Below are positions 19,138-28,102 of a DNA stretch of 64,000 nt, in pieces. The stretch comes from Comamonas sp. GTDB taxonomy: Bacteria > Pseudomonadota > Gammaproteobacteria > Burkholderiales > Burkholderiaceae_C. Every line of letters starts with the position of its first letter. Within the stretch, counting starts at the first letter, position 1. The stretch is taken from positions 16,538 to 80,537 of the forward strand of contig JAVXMM010000006.1 in the NCBI GenBank assembly GCA_036646255.1, given 5' to 3'. The position numbers and the translations under genes were made by a program. The notes beneath the pieces were generated by a model. That model made no database searches. It was given only the letters and a program-made list of their open reading frames with translations, and was not told the DNA's origin.

Positions 19138-20216
19138 CAACGATTACCTGGGTGGAGCTGATTGGCCTGTCATTCAGTCCATTGGGGTGGCTGGTGCAGG
19201 CGCTTTCGCTGGAGGGCAATGCGCAGTGGCGTTTGCTGCTCAACGTGCAAGCCTGTTTGCTGGGGGTCTTGGTCGCATTGCTGTTGGACCGGCTGTGGGG
19301 CGAGCCGCCGGTCTGGATGCATCCAGTGGTCTGGATGGGCAAGGCACTGGGCGGCATCGGGCAGCTGATTGCGCCGCGCACCGAGGTGCCCAGAGACTTT
19401 AGGCGTTTCTTCCTTGCAGCGCTTGCCTGGTGTGCGCTGGCAGCTATTGTTTTTATGATTTATTGGCTGCTGCAGTTCTTGTCGTGGACGTCTCGCTGGT
19501 GGGTGTGGGGCCTGGTGATGGGCGTACTGCTCAAGCCGCTGTTGTCCTGGCGCATGCTCAAGGATGAGGTGCTGGCGGTGGAGTCTGCGTTGCAGCAATC
19601 GCTGCCTGCGGGGCGTGAGCGGTTGACCTGGCTGGTCAGCCGCGATACCAGCCAACTGGACGCTGCCACCGTGCGCGAAAGCGCGATAGAAACGCTGGCC
19701 GAAAACTTGAGTGACTCTGTAATTGCACCGCTGTTCTGGTTTGTCGTTGCTGGCTTGCCGGGCGCGGCGGTGTATCGCCTGGCCAATACCGCGGATGCCA
19801 TGTGGGGCTACCCCGGCTGGCGCGGCAAGGGCGAAGAGCGTCGGCACTGGCAATGGGCGGGTAAGTGGGCGGCGCGGGCGGACGATGTACTGAACTGGAT
19901 ACCTGCACGCATCACCGCCTTCTGGTTGGCGATGATGGCAGGGGGGGTGTCGTGGCATATGTTGCTGCGTGATGCAGCAGTTACGCCATCACCCAATGGC
20001 GGCTGGCCCATGGGGGCCATGGCAAGGGCACTGAACGTTCATTTGTCCAAACCGGGGGTGTATCAACTCAACCCCGATGGAAGGGCGCCAGAGCCGGCGG
20101 ACTTGCATCGCGCCGTAGCGTTGGCGTCAAAAGTGATCGCAGTGCAGCTAGGGTGCACGCTGCTAGCTATTGTTTTTTTAGCAATCTGGATATGGAGGGC
20201 GACGGCCCATGCATGA
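19134..20216 (+). CDS. cbiB: Adenosylcobinamide-phosphate synthase
   Basis: HPVVWMG, LVSRDT, ETLAENLSD, NTADAMWGY, SPNGGWPM. Confidence 0.92.
   Translation: MTTITWVELIGLSFSPLGWLVQALSLEGNAQWRLLLNVQACLLGVLVALLLDRLWGEPPVWMHPVVWMGKALGGIGQLIAPRTEVPRDFRRFFLAALAWCALAAIVFMIYWLLQFLSWTSRWWVWGLVMGVLLKPLLSWRMLKDEVLAVESALQQSLPAGRERLTWLVSRDTSQLDAATVRESAIETLAENLSDSVIAPLFWFVVAGLPGAAVYRLANTADAMWGYPGWRGKGEERRHWQWAGKWAARADDVLNWIPARITAFWLAMMAGGVSWHMLLRDAAVTPSPNGGWPMGAMARALNVHLSKPGVYQLNPDGRAPEPADLHRAVALASKVIAVQLGCTLLAIVFLAIWIWRATAHA
19414..19459 (-). repeat. Palindromic repeat copy inside cbiB
   Basis: TGCAGCGCTTGCCT + GGTGTGCGCTGGCA + GCTAT + TGTTTTTATGAT. Confidence 0.6.
20129..20182 (-). repeat. Degenerate palindromic repeat copy in the cbiB 3' end
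   Basis: ...GCTAGCTATTGTTTTTTTAGC end motif; left arm decayed. Confidence 0.45.
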
Positions 20217-21189
20217 GTTTACGCATGGAGGGACCGATGCGCTGGGCGTGCCCGTGCATGACTTCTCCACCAACCGCAATGCCTGCGGGCCATGCCCTGC
20301 TGCAATAGCAGCGCTGCAAGCCGCCCATGTGGAGCAATACCCGGATCCGCTATACACCGCCCTGCGCGCACAACTGGCAGCCTTTCATGGTGTGGGCACT
20401 GAGCGTATTGTCATTGGCGGTAGCAGTAGCGAGTTGATTCACCGCCTTACGCAATATGCATCGCGTACCGGCACCACGTCCATCACGCTGCCGCAGCACC
20501 ATTACGGCGACTATCTGCAAGCCGCGCAGGTTTGGGGTTTGCAGGCGCAGGTTAGAGGCAATGACGCCGGCCTGCATTGGGCGTGCGAGCCATCCAGCCC
20601 CTTAGGGCGGCAAGAAGATATCTGGCCTGTTGTTGGCACATCCACGCAAGTGCTGGACTGCGCCTATCGACCGCTGTGGCTGGAAGGCGCAGCACCAGCG
20701 CGCAACATGCAGGCGCTGTGGCAACTGTGGACGCCCAACAAGGCACTTGGCATGACAGGCGTGCGCGCTGCCTACGCGATAGCGCCTGTGCAGGCGACTT
20801 TGGCTGAGCTAAGCGAGTTGAGGAGCCTTGCACCCTCGTGGGTCGTTGGCTCCCACGGCGTAGCCATGTTGCAAGCCTGGATGACGGATGAAGCTCAGCA
20901 GTGGCTGGCGCAAAGTTTGACCCTCCTGCGCGATTGGAAGTTGCAGCAACTGGCGATGTGCGTACGGCTGGGCTGGCAAGTGGTGCACGGGCATCAGGCC
21001 AATTATTTTGTGGCGCGTTTACCTATAAAAGAAACATCGATGGCGCAGTACCTGAGTGCTTTGCGCGCCCACGGCATCAAGCTGCGCGATTGCGCCAGTT
21101 TTAGCTTGCCCGGCCATGTGCGGCTGGGGGTGCTGCCACCTGCATCACAGCTTGCCTTGGAGCAAGCTTGGAAAGAAACCGAGAACTAG
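20209..21189 (+). CDS. cobD: Threonine-phosphate decarboxylase-like PLP enzyme
   Basis: HGG, DFSTN.N, YPDP, 'PNKALGMTGVRAAY' PLP lysine, RDCASF; cob context. Confidence 0.8.
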   Translation: MHEFTHGGTDALGVPVHDFSTNRNACGPCPAAIAALQAAHVEQYPDPLYTALRAQLAAFHGVGTERIVIGGSSSELIHRLTQYASRTGTTSITLPQHHYGDYLQAAQVWGLQAQVRGNDAGLHWACEPSSPLGRQEDIWPVVGTSTQVLDCAYRPLWLEGAAPARNMQALWQLWTPNKALGMTGVRAAYAIAPVQATLAELSELRSLAPSWVVGSHGVAMLQAWMTDEAQQWLAQSLTLLRDWKLQQLAMCVRLGWQVVHGHQANYFVARLPIKETSMAQYLSALRAHGIKLRDCASFSLPGHVRLGVLPPASQLALEQAWKETEN

Positions 21190-21192
21190 AAC

Positions 21193-22692
21193 ATGAACGA
21201 GCAAATTCAACTGCCCCAGCCCACCAAAGGCATGCGCCCCGCATTGTGCGTGATGGTGCTCGGCACCAGCAGTGGCGCGGGCAAAAGCTGGGTGACTACG
21301 GCGCTGTGCGCTTGGTACCGCGCGCAGGGCTACAAGGTTGCGCCATTTAAGGCGCAGAACATGAGCAACAACGCCCGCGTTGTTGCCACACCGGACGGAA
21401 AATGGGGCGAGATTGGCACGGCCCAATATCTGCAGGCGCTGGCCGCAGGCTGCTTGCCCGATGTACGCATGAACCCGCTGCTGCTCAAGCCCGAGGCGGA
21501 TACGCGCAGCCAGGTCGTGCTGTTTGGTCAGGTCGATGAGGAGCTATCGAAGATGCCCTGGCGCGGCCGCAGCATGAAGGTGTGGCCCCAGATTGCACAA
21601 GCGCTGGATGATCTGCGTGCTGAAAATGATGTGGTGGTTATTGAGGGCGCAGGCTCACCCGCCGAAATAAATTTGCACAGCAGCGATGTGGTGAACATGC
21701 GCGTGGCCAAGCACTGCAACGCGCATTGCCTGCTGGTGTCTGATATCGACCGGGGCGGCGCATTTGCCCATTTGTACGGTACCTGGGCGCTGTTACCTGA
21801 GGATGAGCAAAAGCTCATCCGAGGTTTTGTGCTCAATAAATTTCGGGGTGATGCCAGCTTGCTCGCCCCTGCGCCGCAAATGCTGCAAGACAGAACCGGC
21901 GTGCCCACCGTGGCTTGTATTCCGATGCAGTTTGCGCATGGCTTGCCGGAAGAAGACGGCGTGTTTGACGACCGCGGCAGCACAGGCGCAGGGCAGGCGG
22001 TGCACACCACGATAGCCATCGTGGCTTATCCGCGCATCAGCAATCTCGACGAGTTTCAGCCCCTGCTGCAAGTACCCGGTGTGCGCGTAGTTTGGGCGCG
22101 ATCACCCGTGCAACTGGTGGGTGCGGATTGGATCATCTTGCCCGGCAGCAAAGCGACGGCGGCCGATCTGGCGTGGATGCGCACACAGGGGCTGGATGCC
22201 GCAGTCGTGGCCCACGCCAACGCGGGCAAGCGCGTGCTTGGTATTTGCGGCGGCCTGCAAATGCTGGGCGAGGCGCTGATTGATCTGCATGGCGTTGATG
22301 GCAATGCAGCAGGCCTGGGGCTGCTGCCGCTGGCCACCTTGTTTGCACCCGAGAAAACTGTGCAGCCCACTACATTGACGATACCCGAGCTGCAAGCGCC
22401 GTGGCAGGCGTTAAGTGGCGTGTCCGCACGCGGTTATGAAATCCACCACGGCCAGACCCAGTTGCGTGCCGATATGCAGGCCAACGCTGTTGCGCCTGCA
22501 CAAGAGCTGCTGCCCAATATGCTGTGGCAAGGCGGCAATACAGCCGTGCTGGGTACATATCTGCACGGCTTACTCGAGAACGAAGCTGTGATTCACGCGT
22601 TGTTTGGCCAAGGCGCGCCATCCCTGTCACAAGTTTTTGACAGGATGGTGAAGGGTGTGCACCAGTGGTTTGGTGCCAACGCCATGGAGTAG
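21193..22692 (+). CDS. cobQ: Cobyric acid synthase
   Basis: GTSSGAGKS, PFKAQNMSNN, EGAGSPAEIN, GICGGLQMLG, GYEIH, GTYLHG. Confidence 0.95.
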   Translation: MNEQIQLPQPTKGMRPALCVMVLGTSSGAGKSWVTTALCAWYRAQGYKVAPFKAQNMSNNARVVATPDGKWGEIGTAQYLQALAAGCLPDVRMNPLLLKPEADTRSQVVLFGQVDEELSKMPWRGRSMKVWPQIAQALDDLRAENDVVVIEGAGSPAEINLHSSDVVNMRVAKHCNAHCLLVSDIDRGGAFAHLYGTWALLPEDEQKLIRGFVLNKFRGDASLLAPAPQMLQDRTGVPTVACIPMQFAHGLPEEDGVFDDRGSTGAGQAVHTTIAIVAYPRISNLDEFQPLLQVPGVRVVWARSPVQLVGADWIILPGSKATAADLAWMRTQGLDAAVVAHANAGKRVLGICGGLQMLGEALIDLHGVDGNAAGLGLLPLATLFAPEKTVQPTTLTIPELQAPWQALSGVSARGYEIHHGQTQLRADMQANAVAPAQELLPNMLWQGGNTAVLGTYLHGLLENEAVIHALFGQGAPSLSQVFDRMVKGVHQWFGANAME

Positions 22693-22830
22693 GGCGCGGG
22701 CGCTTCTGCAAACGATCGCTTGCCTGTTGTAGGCCAAGGCTTGCATAGTCTGGAGCGGTGTGCCGATAACGCTGGTGCGTTGGGGCACGCATGCTAGACC
22801 TATTGCTCGTCTCCAACAGGAATCATCACA

Positions 22831-23244
22831 ATGAAAAACTTTGTACTCCGATCTTTGCAAGTGGCTGCAGTTGCCGCAGCCGTAGGCCTGAGCGGTTTTG
22901 CCCAGGCCCAGCCAGCTGCACCCGAGAAGGCTGCTGCCCCACATGCGCACAAAAAGGGCCATGGCAAAAAGGCCAAGGGCGCGCACCACGGCCAGCGAGA
23001 TGTGGCAGAAGGCAGCTCTAGCAGCAAAGAAGCGGCAGCTGCCCGTCAGGCAGATCGTCAAGGGCAGTTGAGCGGGGGCAGCAACGATGAACTGACTCGC
23101 AACGCACTGGCGCGCTGCGCCGTCTTCAAGATGGAAGAGGACAAGCGTGCTTGCGAAAGCCGTGTGACCAAGGGCCAAGACAGTGGCTCGGTAGAAGGCG
23201 GCGGCATTCTGCGTGAGTACACCTATACCGTACCTGCTAAGTAA
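22831..23244 (+). CDS. Hypothetical secreted protein
   Basis: Signal peptide ending AQA, Lys/His-rich linker, C-x10-C pair, C-terminal 'GSVEGGGILRE'. Confidence 0.75.
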   Translation: MKNFVLRSLQVAAVAAAVGLSGFAQAQPAAPEKAAAPHAHKKGHGKKAKGAHHGQRDVAEGSSSSKEAAAARQADRQGQLSGGSNDELTRNALARCAVFKMEEDKRACESRVTKGQDSGSVEGGGILREYTYTVPAK

Positions 23245-23344
23245 ACAACCGTTCTGTAAATCTGTGGGGGCTGCAATTGCGACCCTCATGCTAAGTGTCC
23301 CCTGTCAGGTTGTCGATTGGTACTCAGTGCTTCAATCTGATTTC

Positions 23345-23381
23345 ACGCTCTGCTCGCGCCGCGATCAGAGCGTTTTCTTTT
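23345..23381 (+). terminator. Probable intrinsic terminator
   Basis: ACGCTCTG...CAGAGCGT followed by TTTCTTTT. Confidence 0.55.
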
Positions 23382-23460
23382 GGTATAGCGCGCTGCGCTG
23401 CAAGCTGTGGCCAGCGGGGCCATACTGCAGGGCGTTTCCTGTCCTAAGCGCTTTTAATCC

Positions 23461-24531
23461 ATGTCTGATACTGCCTTGACCCCCACCATTTCCTCGATCG
23501 ACGATGCTGCATTTGCCGCGCATGTGCAGCAGTTACTGGATCAAAAAACCAAGCCCGTAGGCTCGCTTGGTGTGCTGGAGCAAGTGGCGCTGCGCATCGC
23601 TTGCATTCTGGGCAGCGACCAGCCGGTGCTGCGAGATCCACAAATGCTGGTGTTTGCCGCTGATCATGGCTTGGCAGCGCAAGGCGTGTCTGCATATCCG
23701 GCTGATGTGACTTGGCAGATGGTGGGCAATTTTTTGGCGGGAGGTGCAGCGGTGAGTGTGCTGTCGCGTCTGCATGGCGTGGCGTTGCATGTGGTGGATT
23801 GCGGCGTGAACCGCGATTTTTCGCCGCAGCCTGCAGACTTGCCCGCTGGTGCGCCGCGTCTGTGGCAGTGCAAGGTAGCGCACGGCACGCAAGATAGCTC
23901 GCAAGGCCCTGCGATGACGATGGCTGAATGCGAGGCTGCCATTCGCAATGGCCGCAATTTGTTGCAGCAGCTACCGGGTAATGCGCTGCTGCTGGGCGAG
24001 ATGGGTATTGGTAATACCTCCAGCGCCTCGTTGCTGCTGGCACGCTTGTGCGATGTGGATGTGGCCAGCGTGACCGGCGCGGGCACGGGTTTGAGCCATG
24101 AAGGCGTGGCCCGCAAAGCTGCCGTGCTGCAGCGTGTGCTGCAGCGCCACTTGGGCGTGAGAGAACCATTGGCCGTGCTGGCAGCCATGGGTGGGCTAGA
24201 GGTGGCGACCATGGTGGGTGCGGTGCTGCAAGCCGCAGCTGAGCGCCGCGTGATTGTGGTCGATGGCTTTATCACTACGGCTGCTGTGTTGGTGGCCAGT
24301 CGCTTGCAACCGGCGGTGTTGCAACGCTGCATCTACGCCCACCGCTCTGGTGAGCCGGGCCATACGCACATGCTGCATGCGCTGAATGCGACGGCTTTGC
24401 TTGATTGGCAACTGCGCTTGGGCGAAGGGTCTGGTGCCGCGCTGGCCTGGCCTCTGCTTGAATCCGCTTGCGCAATGCTGCGTGACATGGCGAGCTTTGC
24501 ATCGGCTGGAGTCAGCACGCAAAGTCACTAA
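23461..24531 (+). CDS. cobT: Nicotinate-nucleotide--DMB phosphoribosyltransferase
   Basis: TKPVGSLG.LE, FAADHG, GEMGIGNT, VDGFI, LRLGEGSGA. Confidence 0.95.
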   Translation: MSDTALTPTISSIDDAAFAAHVQQLLDQKTKPVGSLGVLEQVALRIACILGSDQPVLRDPQMLVFAADHGLAAQGVSAYPADVTWQMVGNFLAGGAAVSVLSRLHGVALHVVDCGVNRDFSPQPADLPAGAPRLWQCKVAHGTQDSSQGPAMTMAECEAAIRNGRNLLQQLPGNALLLGEMGIGNTSSASLLLARLCDVDVASVTGAGTGLSHEGVARKAAVLQRVLQRHLGVREPLAVLAAMGGLEVATMVGAVLQAAAERRVIVVDGFITTAAVLVASRLQPAVLQRCIYAHRSGEPGHTHMLHALNATALLDWQLRLGEGSGAALAWPLLESACAMLRDMASFASAGVSTQSH

Positions 24532-24553
24532 TCGCGCTAACGAGGTCTAATTT

Positions 24554-24607
24554 AAATAGGCTGCTAGCGCCCGACTAATAAGCGCTGGCAGCTATTTATT
24601 TGATAGC
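24554..24607 (-). repeat. Palindromic repeat copy between convergent cobT and nth (closest to consensus)
   Basis: AAATAGGCTGCTAGCGCCCGACTAATAAGCGCTGGCAGCTATTTATTTGATAGC. Confidence 0.85.
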
Positions 24608-24614
24608 TTTTGGT

Positions 24615-25271
24615 TTAGCGCTTGCCAGGTGCAGGCGCAGGTGTCTTGGGTGCGAAGTCGCAGTACTGTGGCACTAGACATTCCCAGCAGCGTGGTTTGC
24701 GTGCCTGGCACACATAGCGGCCCAGCAAGATCAGCCAGTGGTGAGAGTCAACGGCGTATTCATCGGGCACGCGCTTCATCAGCTGCTTTTCCACTTCCAG
24801 CGGGTTTTTGCCAGGTGCCAAACCGGTGCGGTTGCTCACGCGGAAGATATGTGTATCTACCGCCATGGTGGGCTGGCCAAATCCCACGTTGAGAACTACG
24901 TTGGCGGTTTTGCGGCCTACGCCGGGCAAGCCCTCTAACTGCTCTCGCGTGCCGGGCACCTGGCTGTTGTACTGCGTCACCAGAATGCGGCAGGTCTCCA
25001 TCAAATGTTTGGCTTTGCTGCGATACAGGCCAATGGTTTTGATGTAACTCTCCAGCCCCTCCAGCCCCAGATTCAGAATCGCCTGCGGGGTGTTGGCAAC
25101 GGGGAAGAGTTTGCGGGTGGCTTTGTTCACGCCCACATCAGTGGCCTGGGCCGACAGCAGCACGGCAGTCAGCAGCTCAAACACGGATGTGTATTCCAGC
25201 TCAGTCTGCGGCGACGGATTAGCCGCCTTCAAGGTGGCGAAAAACGGTTCAATATCGGCGGTTTTCATCAT
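24615..25271 (-). CDS. nth: Endonuclease III
   Basis: LLSAQATD, HhH LPGVGRKTA, VDTH, C-x6-C-x2-C-x5-C. Confidence 0.96.
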   Translation of the reverse strand: MMKTADIEPFFATLKAANPSPQTELEYTSVFELLTAVLLSAQATDVGVNKATRKLFPVANTPQAILNLGLEGLESYIKTIGLYRSKAKHLMETCRILVTQYNSQVPGTREQLEGLPGVGRKTANVVLNVGFGQPTMAVDTHIFRVSNRTGLAPGKNPLEVEKQLMKRVPDEYAVDSHHWLILLGRYVCQARKPRCWECLVPQYCDFAPKTPAPAPGKR

Positions 25272-25407
25272 GGTTTTGTTCGCGTGGGGTTGCCGCCATT
25301 ATCTGGTAGCCAAAAGCGTGCAAAGCCATTCAAAGGCGACAGCATGCCCGCGATGGCTTCACAGCGGCTGGTTAGTATGTGGTGATAGACAAGACCAAGG
25401 AACAACC

Positions 25408-26865
25408 ATGCCACACACGCACAGCCAGATCACCGACTTTACCGGCGTCGCTTTGTCGGCCGCCATTCACGCGCGTCAGGTGTCGTGTGCCGAGGTGCTG
25501 ACTGCGTATTTGGCGCAGATTGATGGCATTAACCCTCAGGTCAATGCCATCGTCGCACAGCAAGACCGTGAAACCCTGCACGCACAGGCGCAGCGGCTGG
25601 ATATGGAGTTGGCCCAGCACACATCCCGAGGTTTGCTACATGGCATACCGCAAGCACCCAAGGACATCATGCCCGCACAAGGCATGGTGACGACCAAGGG
25701 ATCGCCCGTGTTTGCCGATCAGGTGTCGGCGTTTGATGCCATCCATTTTGAGCGTATGCGCGCAAGTGGCGCAGTGTTTGTGGGGCGTACCAATTCGCCA
25801 GAGTTTGGCTTGGGCGGTCACACCTACAACCCGGTTTATGGCGCCACACGAAACGCTTGGGTGCCTACGCGCACGGCGGGCGGCAGCTCTGGCGGGGCTG
25901 CGGTGGCAACCGCTTTGCACATGCTGCCGTTTGCTGATGGCTCGGACATGATGGGGTCGCTGCGCACGCCTGCGGCTTTTAATAATGTGTTTGGGTTCAG
26001 GCCATCGCTTGGCGCTATTCCCTATGGGCCTTCTGACGAAATTTTCTTGCAACAGTACAGTACCTGCGGTCCCATGGCGCGCAACGTGCCCGACTTGGCC
26101 TTGCAGATGCAAGTCATGGTGGGAGCTGATACACGAACGCCGCTGGCGCGAGATCTAGCTGCCAGCGGGTTTGAACCGGCAGCGCTGCAGCGCGACTTTA
26201 CCGGCGCTCGCATTGGCTGGTTGGGTAACTGGGGCGGCCATCTGGCGATGGACGAGGGTTTACTGGCCCAGCAAGAACAAGCACTGGGGCACTTTGCCAC
26301 ACTGGGCGCGCAAGTGGAGCATGTAGCGCTGGACTTTGATCTGGAGCAGCTGTGGGAGGCTTGGCTGGACTTGCGCAGCCTACAGGTGGCAGGTGCCAAT
26401 ATGGCGCTGTACACCGACCCGGCCAAACGCGCCATGCTCAAGCCTGAGGCGGTGTGGGAGATGGAGCGCGGCATGCGTCTTTCTGGCATGCGGATTTATG
26501 AGGCGGCCAAAGTGCGCAGCGCTTGGTACGAGTATTTGCGCCGCTTGACTGAGCGCTACGAATTTCTGGCTATGCCCACTACCCAGGTTTACCCGTTTGC
26601 CGTGGAGCTGGACTGGCCGCACACCATTGGCGAGCGCGATATGGATACCTACCATCGCTGGATGGAAGTGGTGATTGCCGCAACGATGGCAGGCCTGCCT
26701 GCACTGGCAGTGCCAGCAGGCATCAGCGCCAGTGGTTTGCCAGCAGGCATACAGATCATGGGTGGCCCGCGTGATGACTGGGCGGTGCTGCAACTGGGCC
26801 AGGCCTACGACCAAGTCAGTGGCTATAGCCAGTTGCGCAGCCCGCTGCTGGATGCAGCGGCTTAA
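25408..26865 (+). CDS. Amidase-signature family enzyme
   Basis: KD, GGSSGG and SDMMGSLR catalytic motifs. Start trimmed to ATG after AAGGA. Confidence 0.9.
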   Translation: MPHTHSQITDFTGVALSAAIHARQVSCAEVLTAYLAQIDGINPQVNAIVAQQDRETLHAQAQRLDMELAQHTSRGLLHGIPQAPKDIMPAQGMVTTKGSPVFADQVSAFDAIHFERMRASGAVFVGRTNSPEFGLGGHTYNPVYGATRNAWVPTRTAGGSSGGAAVATALHMLPFADGSDMMGSLRTPAAFNNVFGFRPSLGAIPYGPSDEIFLQQYSTCGPMARNVPDLALQMQVMVGADTRTPLARDLAASGFEPAALQRDFTGARIGWLGNWGGHLAMDEGLLAQQEQALGHFATLGAQVEHVALDFDLEQLWEAWLDLRSLQVAGANMALYTDPAKRAMLKPEAVWEMERGMRLSGMRIYEAAKVRSAWYEYLRRLTERYEFLAMPTTQVYPFAVELDWPHTIGERDMDTYHRWMEVVIAATMAGLPALAVPAGISASGLPAGIQIMGGPRDDWAVLQLGQAYDQVSGYSQLRSPLLDAAA

Positions 26866-27899
26866 GGCTGTGGCGGGACCTGCGGCACACCTTTGCGGAT
26901 AGCTGCAGAAAAATCCTCGCCCGGCTTCACGGATTGGGCGCGCTCGGTAATACGCGCCGCGGCGTGGATGGCGTCAAAATCATGCTCGCGGGCCAGGGCG
27001 CCAATGCTGTCCACATACTGCGGCAAGTAGCCGCTGGCTAGCAGGCGCCAGTCCAGCGGCAGGCCAGGTACGATGCGGCGCACCATCTCAAACACAATCG
27101 TGGTGCAGTTGGCGGTGAGTGTGTTGTAAAACTCGGGCTTCTCGACTAGCGCATTGGCCTTATCCACATAAGCGCTAAAAAGCGAACGCATGGCCGTGCG
27201 CGGCATGCTGATGCTGTAGAGGTACACATCCTCGCCGCGCATATTGGTGCGCACCCGCAGAATGTCACGCTCCTCGGCAGCCACCAGGCTCAGCTCAAAC
27301 TCCTTAAAAAAGCCGCCAATGGCCGAGAACTGCTCGCCTGCCTCTTTGCGGATCTCGACCGAGAACGACACATACTTGCGCGGGCTCTTGCCATCGTCAA
27401 AGCCAAAGGACACCAAGGTGTGTGCAATGGCCGGGCCCATCCAGTAGGACGTGGCCATGTCTACCGATACCAGCTGGTTCAGGTCGTAAGTGCGATCCTC
27501 CCAGCGCGGCGTGGCACGGGTCTCGGTCTGCCAGTCAAAATTGCGCACGTTGTGCAGCTTGGCGATATGGCCTGCTACGTTGCCCGATAGCTGCTGGGCC
27601 ACATCGGGCGACCACTGGCGTTTGTTGGATGGCGCAATGGTGGCCCACCACGCCAAAACAGCTGCAAACAGCACACCGTAGATCAGCAAAGCCCGTGGCA
27701 TGCGGTGCTGCCACAGCAGGTAGATGCAGTAGAGCCCTACGCCCACCCATACGCCCAGGATCAAGCCGCGTGCTGATCCTGATTTAACCGTGCTTGCCAA
27801 CTGGTACCACAGCGCCCCGCAAGCCCAGGCTATGCCTGCCAGCATGAAGAGCGAGGCGATGAGTTTGATCAGTCCAAAAAAGAATCCAGCAATGCGCAT
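26862..27899 (-). CDS. DUF4105 (Lnb-like) membrane protein
   Basis: Three N-terminal TM helices; 'IAHTLVSFGF', 'SVEIRKE', 'YNTLTANCTT'. Confidence 0.8.
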   Translation of the reverse strand: MRIAGFFFGLIKLIASLFMLAGIAWACGALWYQLASTVKSGSARGLILGVWVGVGLYCIYLLWQHRMPRALLIYGVLFAAVLAWWATIAPSNKRQWSPDVAQQLSGNVAGHIAKLHNVRNFDWQTETRATPRWEDRTYDLNQLVSVDMATSYWMGPAIAHTLVSFGFDDGKSPRKYVSFSVEIRKEAGEQFSAIGGFFKEFELSLVAAEERDILRVRTNMRGEDVYLYSISMPRTAMRSLFSAYVDKANALVEKPEFYNTLTANCTTIVFEMVRRIVPGLPLDWRLLASGYLPQYVDSIGALAREHDFDAIHAAARITERAQSVKPGEDFSAAIRKGVPQVPPQP

Positions 27900-28102
27900 A
27901 CGTTGTCGTTACCTAGAGGCTCGCTATCAGGCGCGCCGGGTTGTTTGGCCGCAAGCATAGTCGATCAGCCAATGCGTTCCGTGAATAGGGATGCCAGAGC
28001 GACGCACGCTGTCCGCAAAAAGTTGCAAAATGGCAGAAGTCGCCGCGCCCTGGCTGCCAGTCAGTGTGCGCGGCTGTTTTTTAGACTGTGTGAGAAAGCT
28101 TT

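Noticed and set aside
25090-25407. N-terminal extension of the amidase
   Set aside because: Partly antisense to nth; a good SD precedes ATG 25408.
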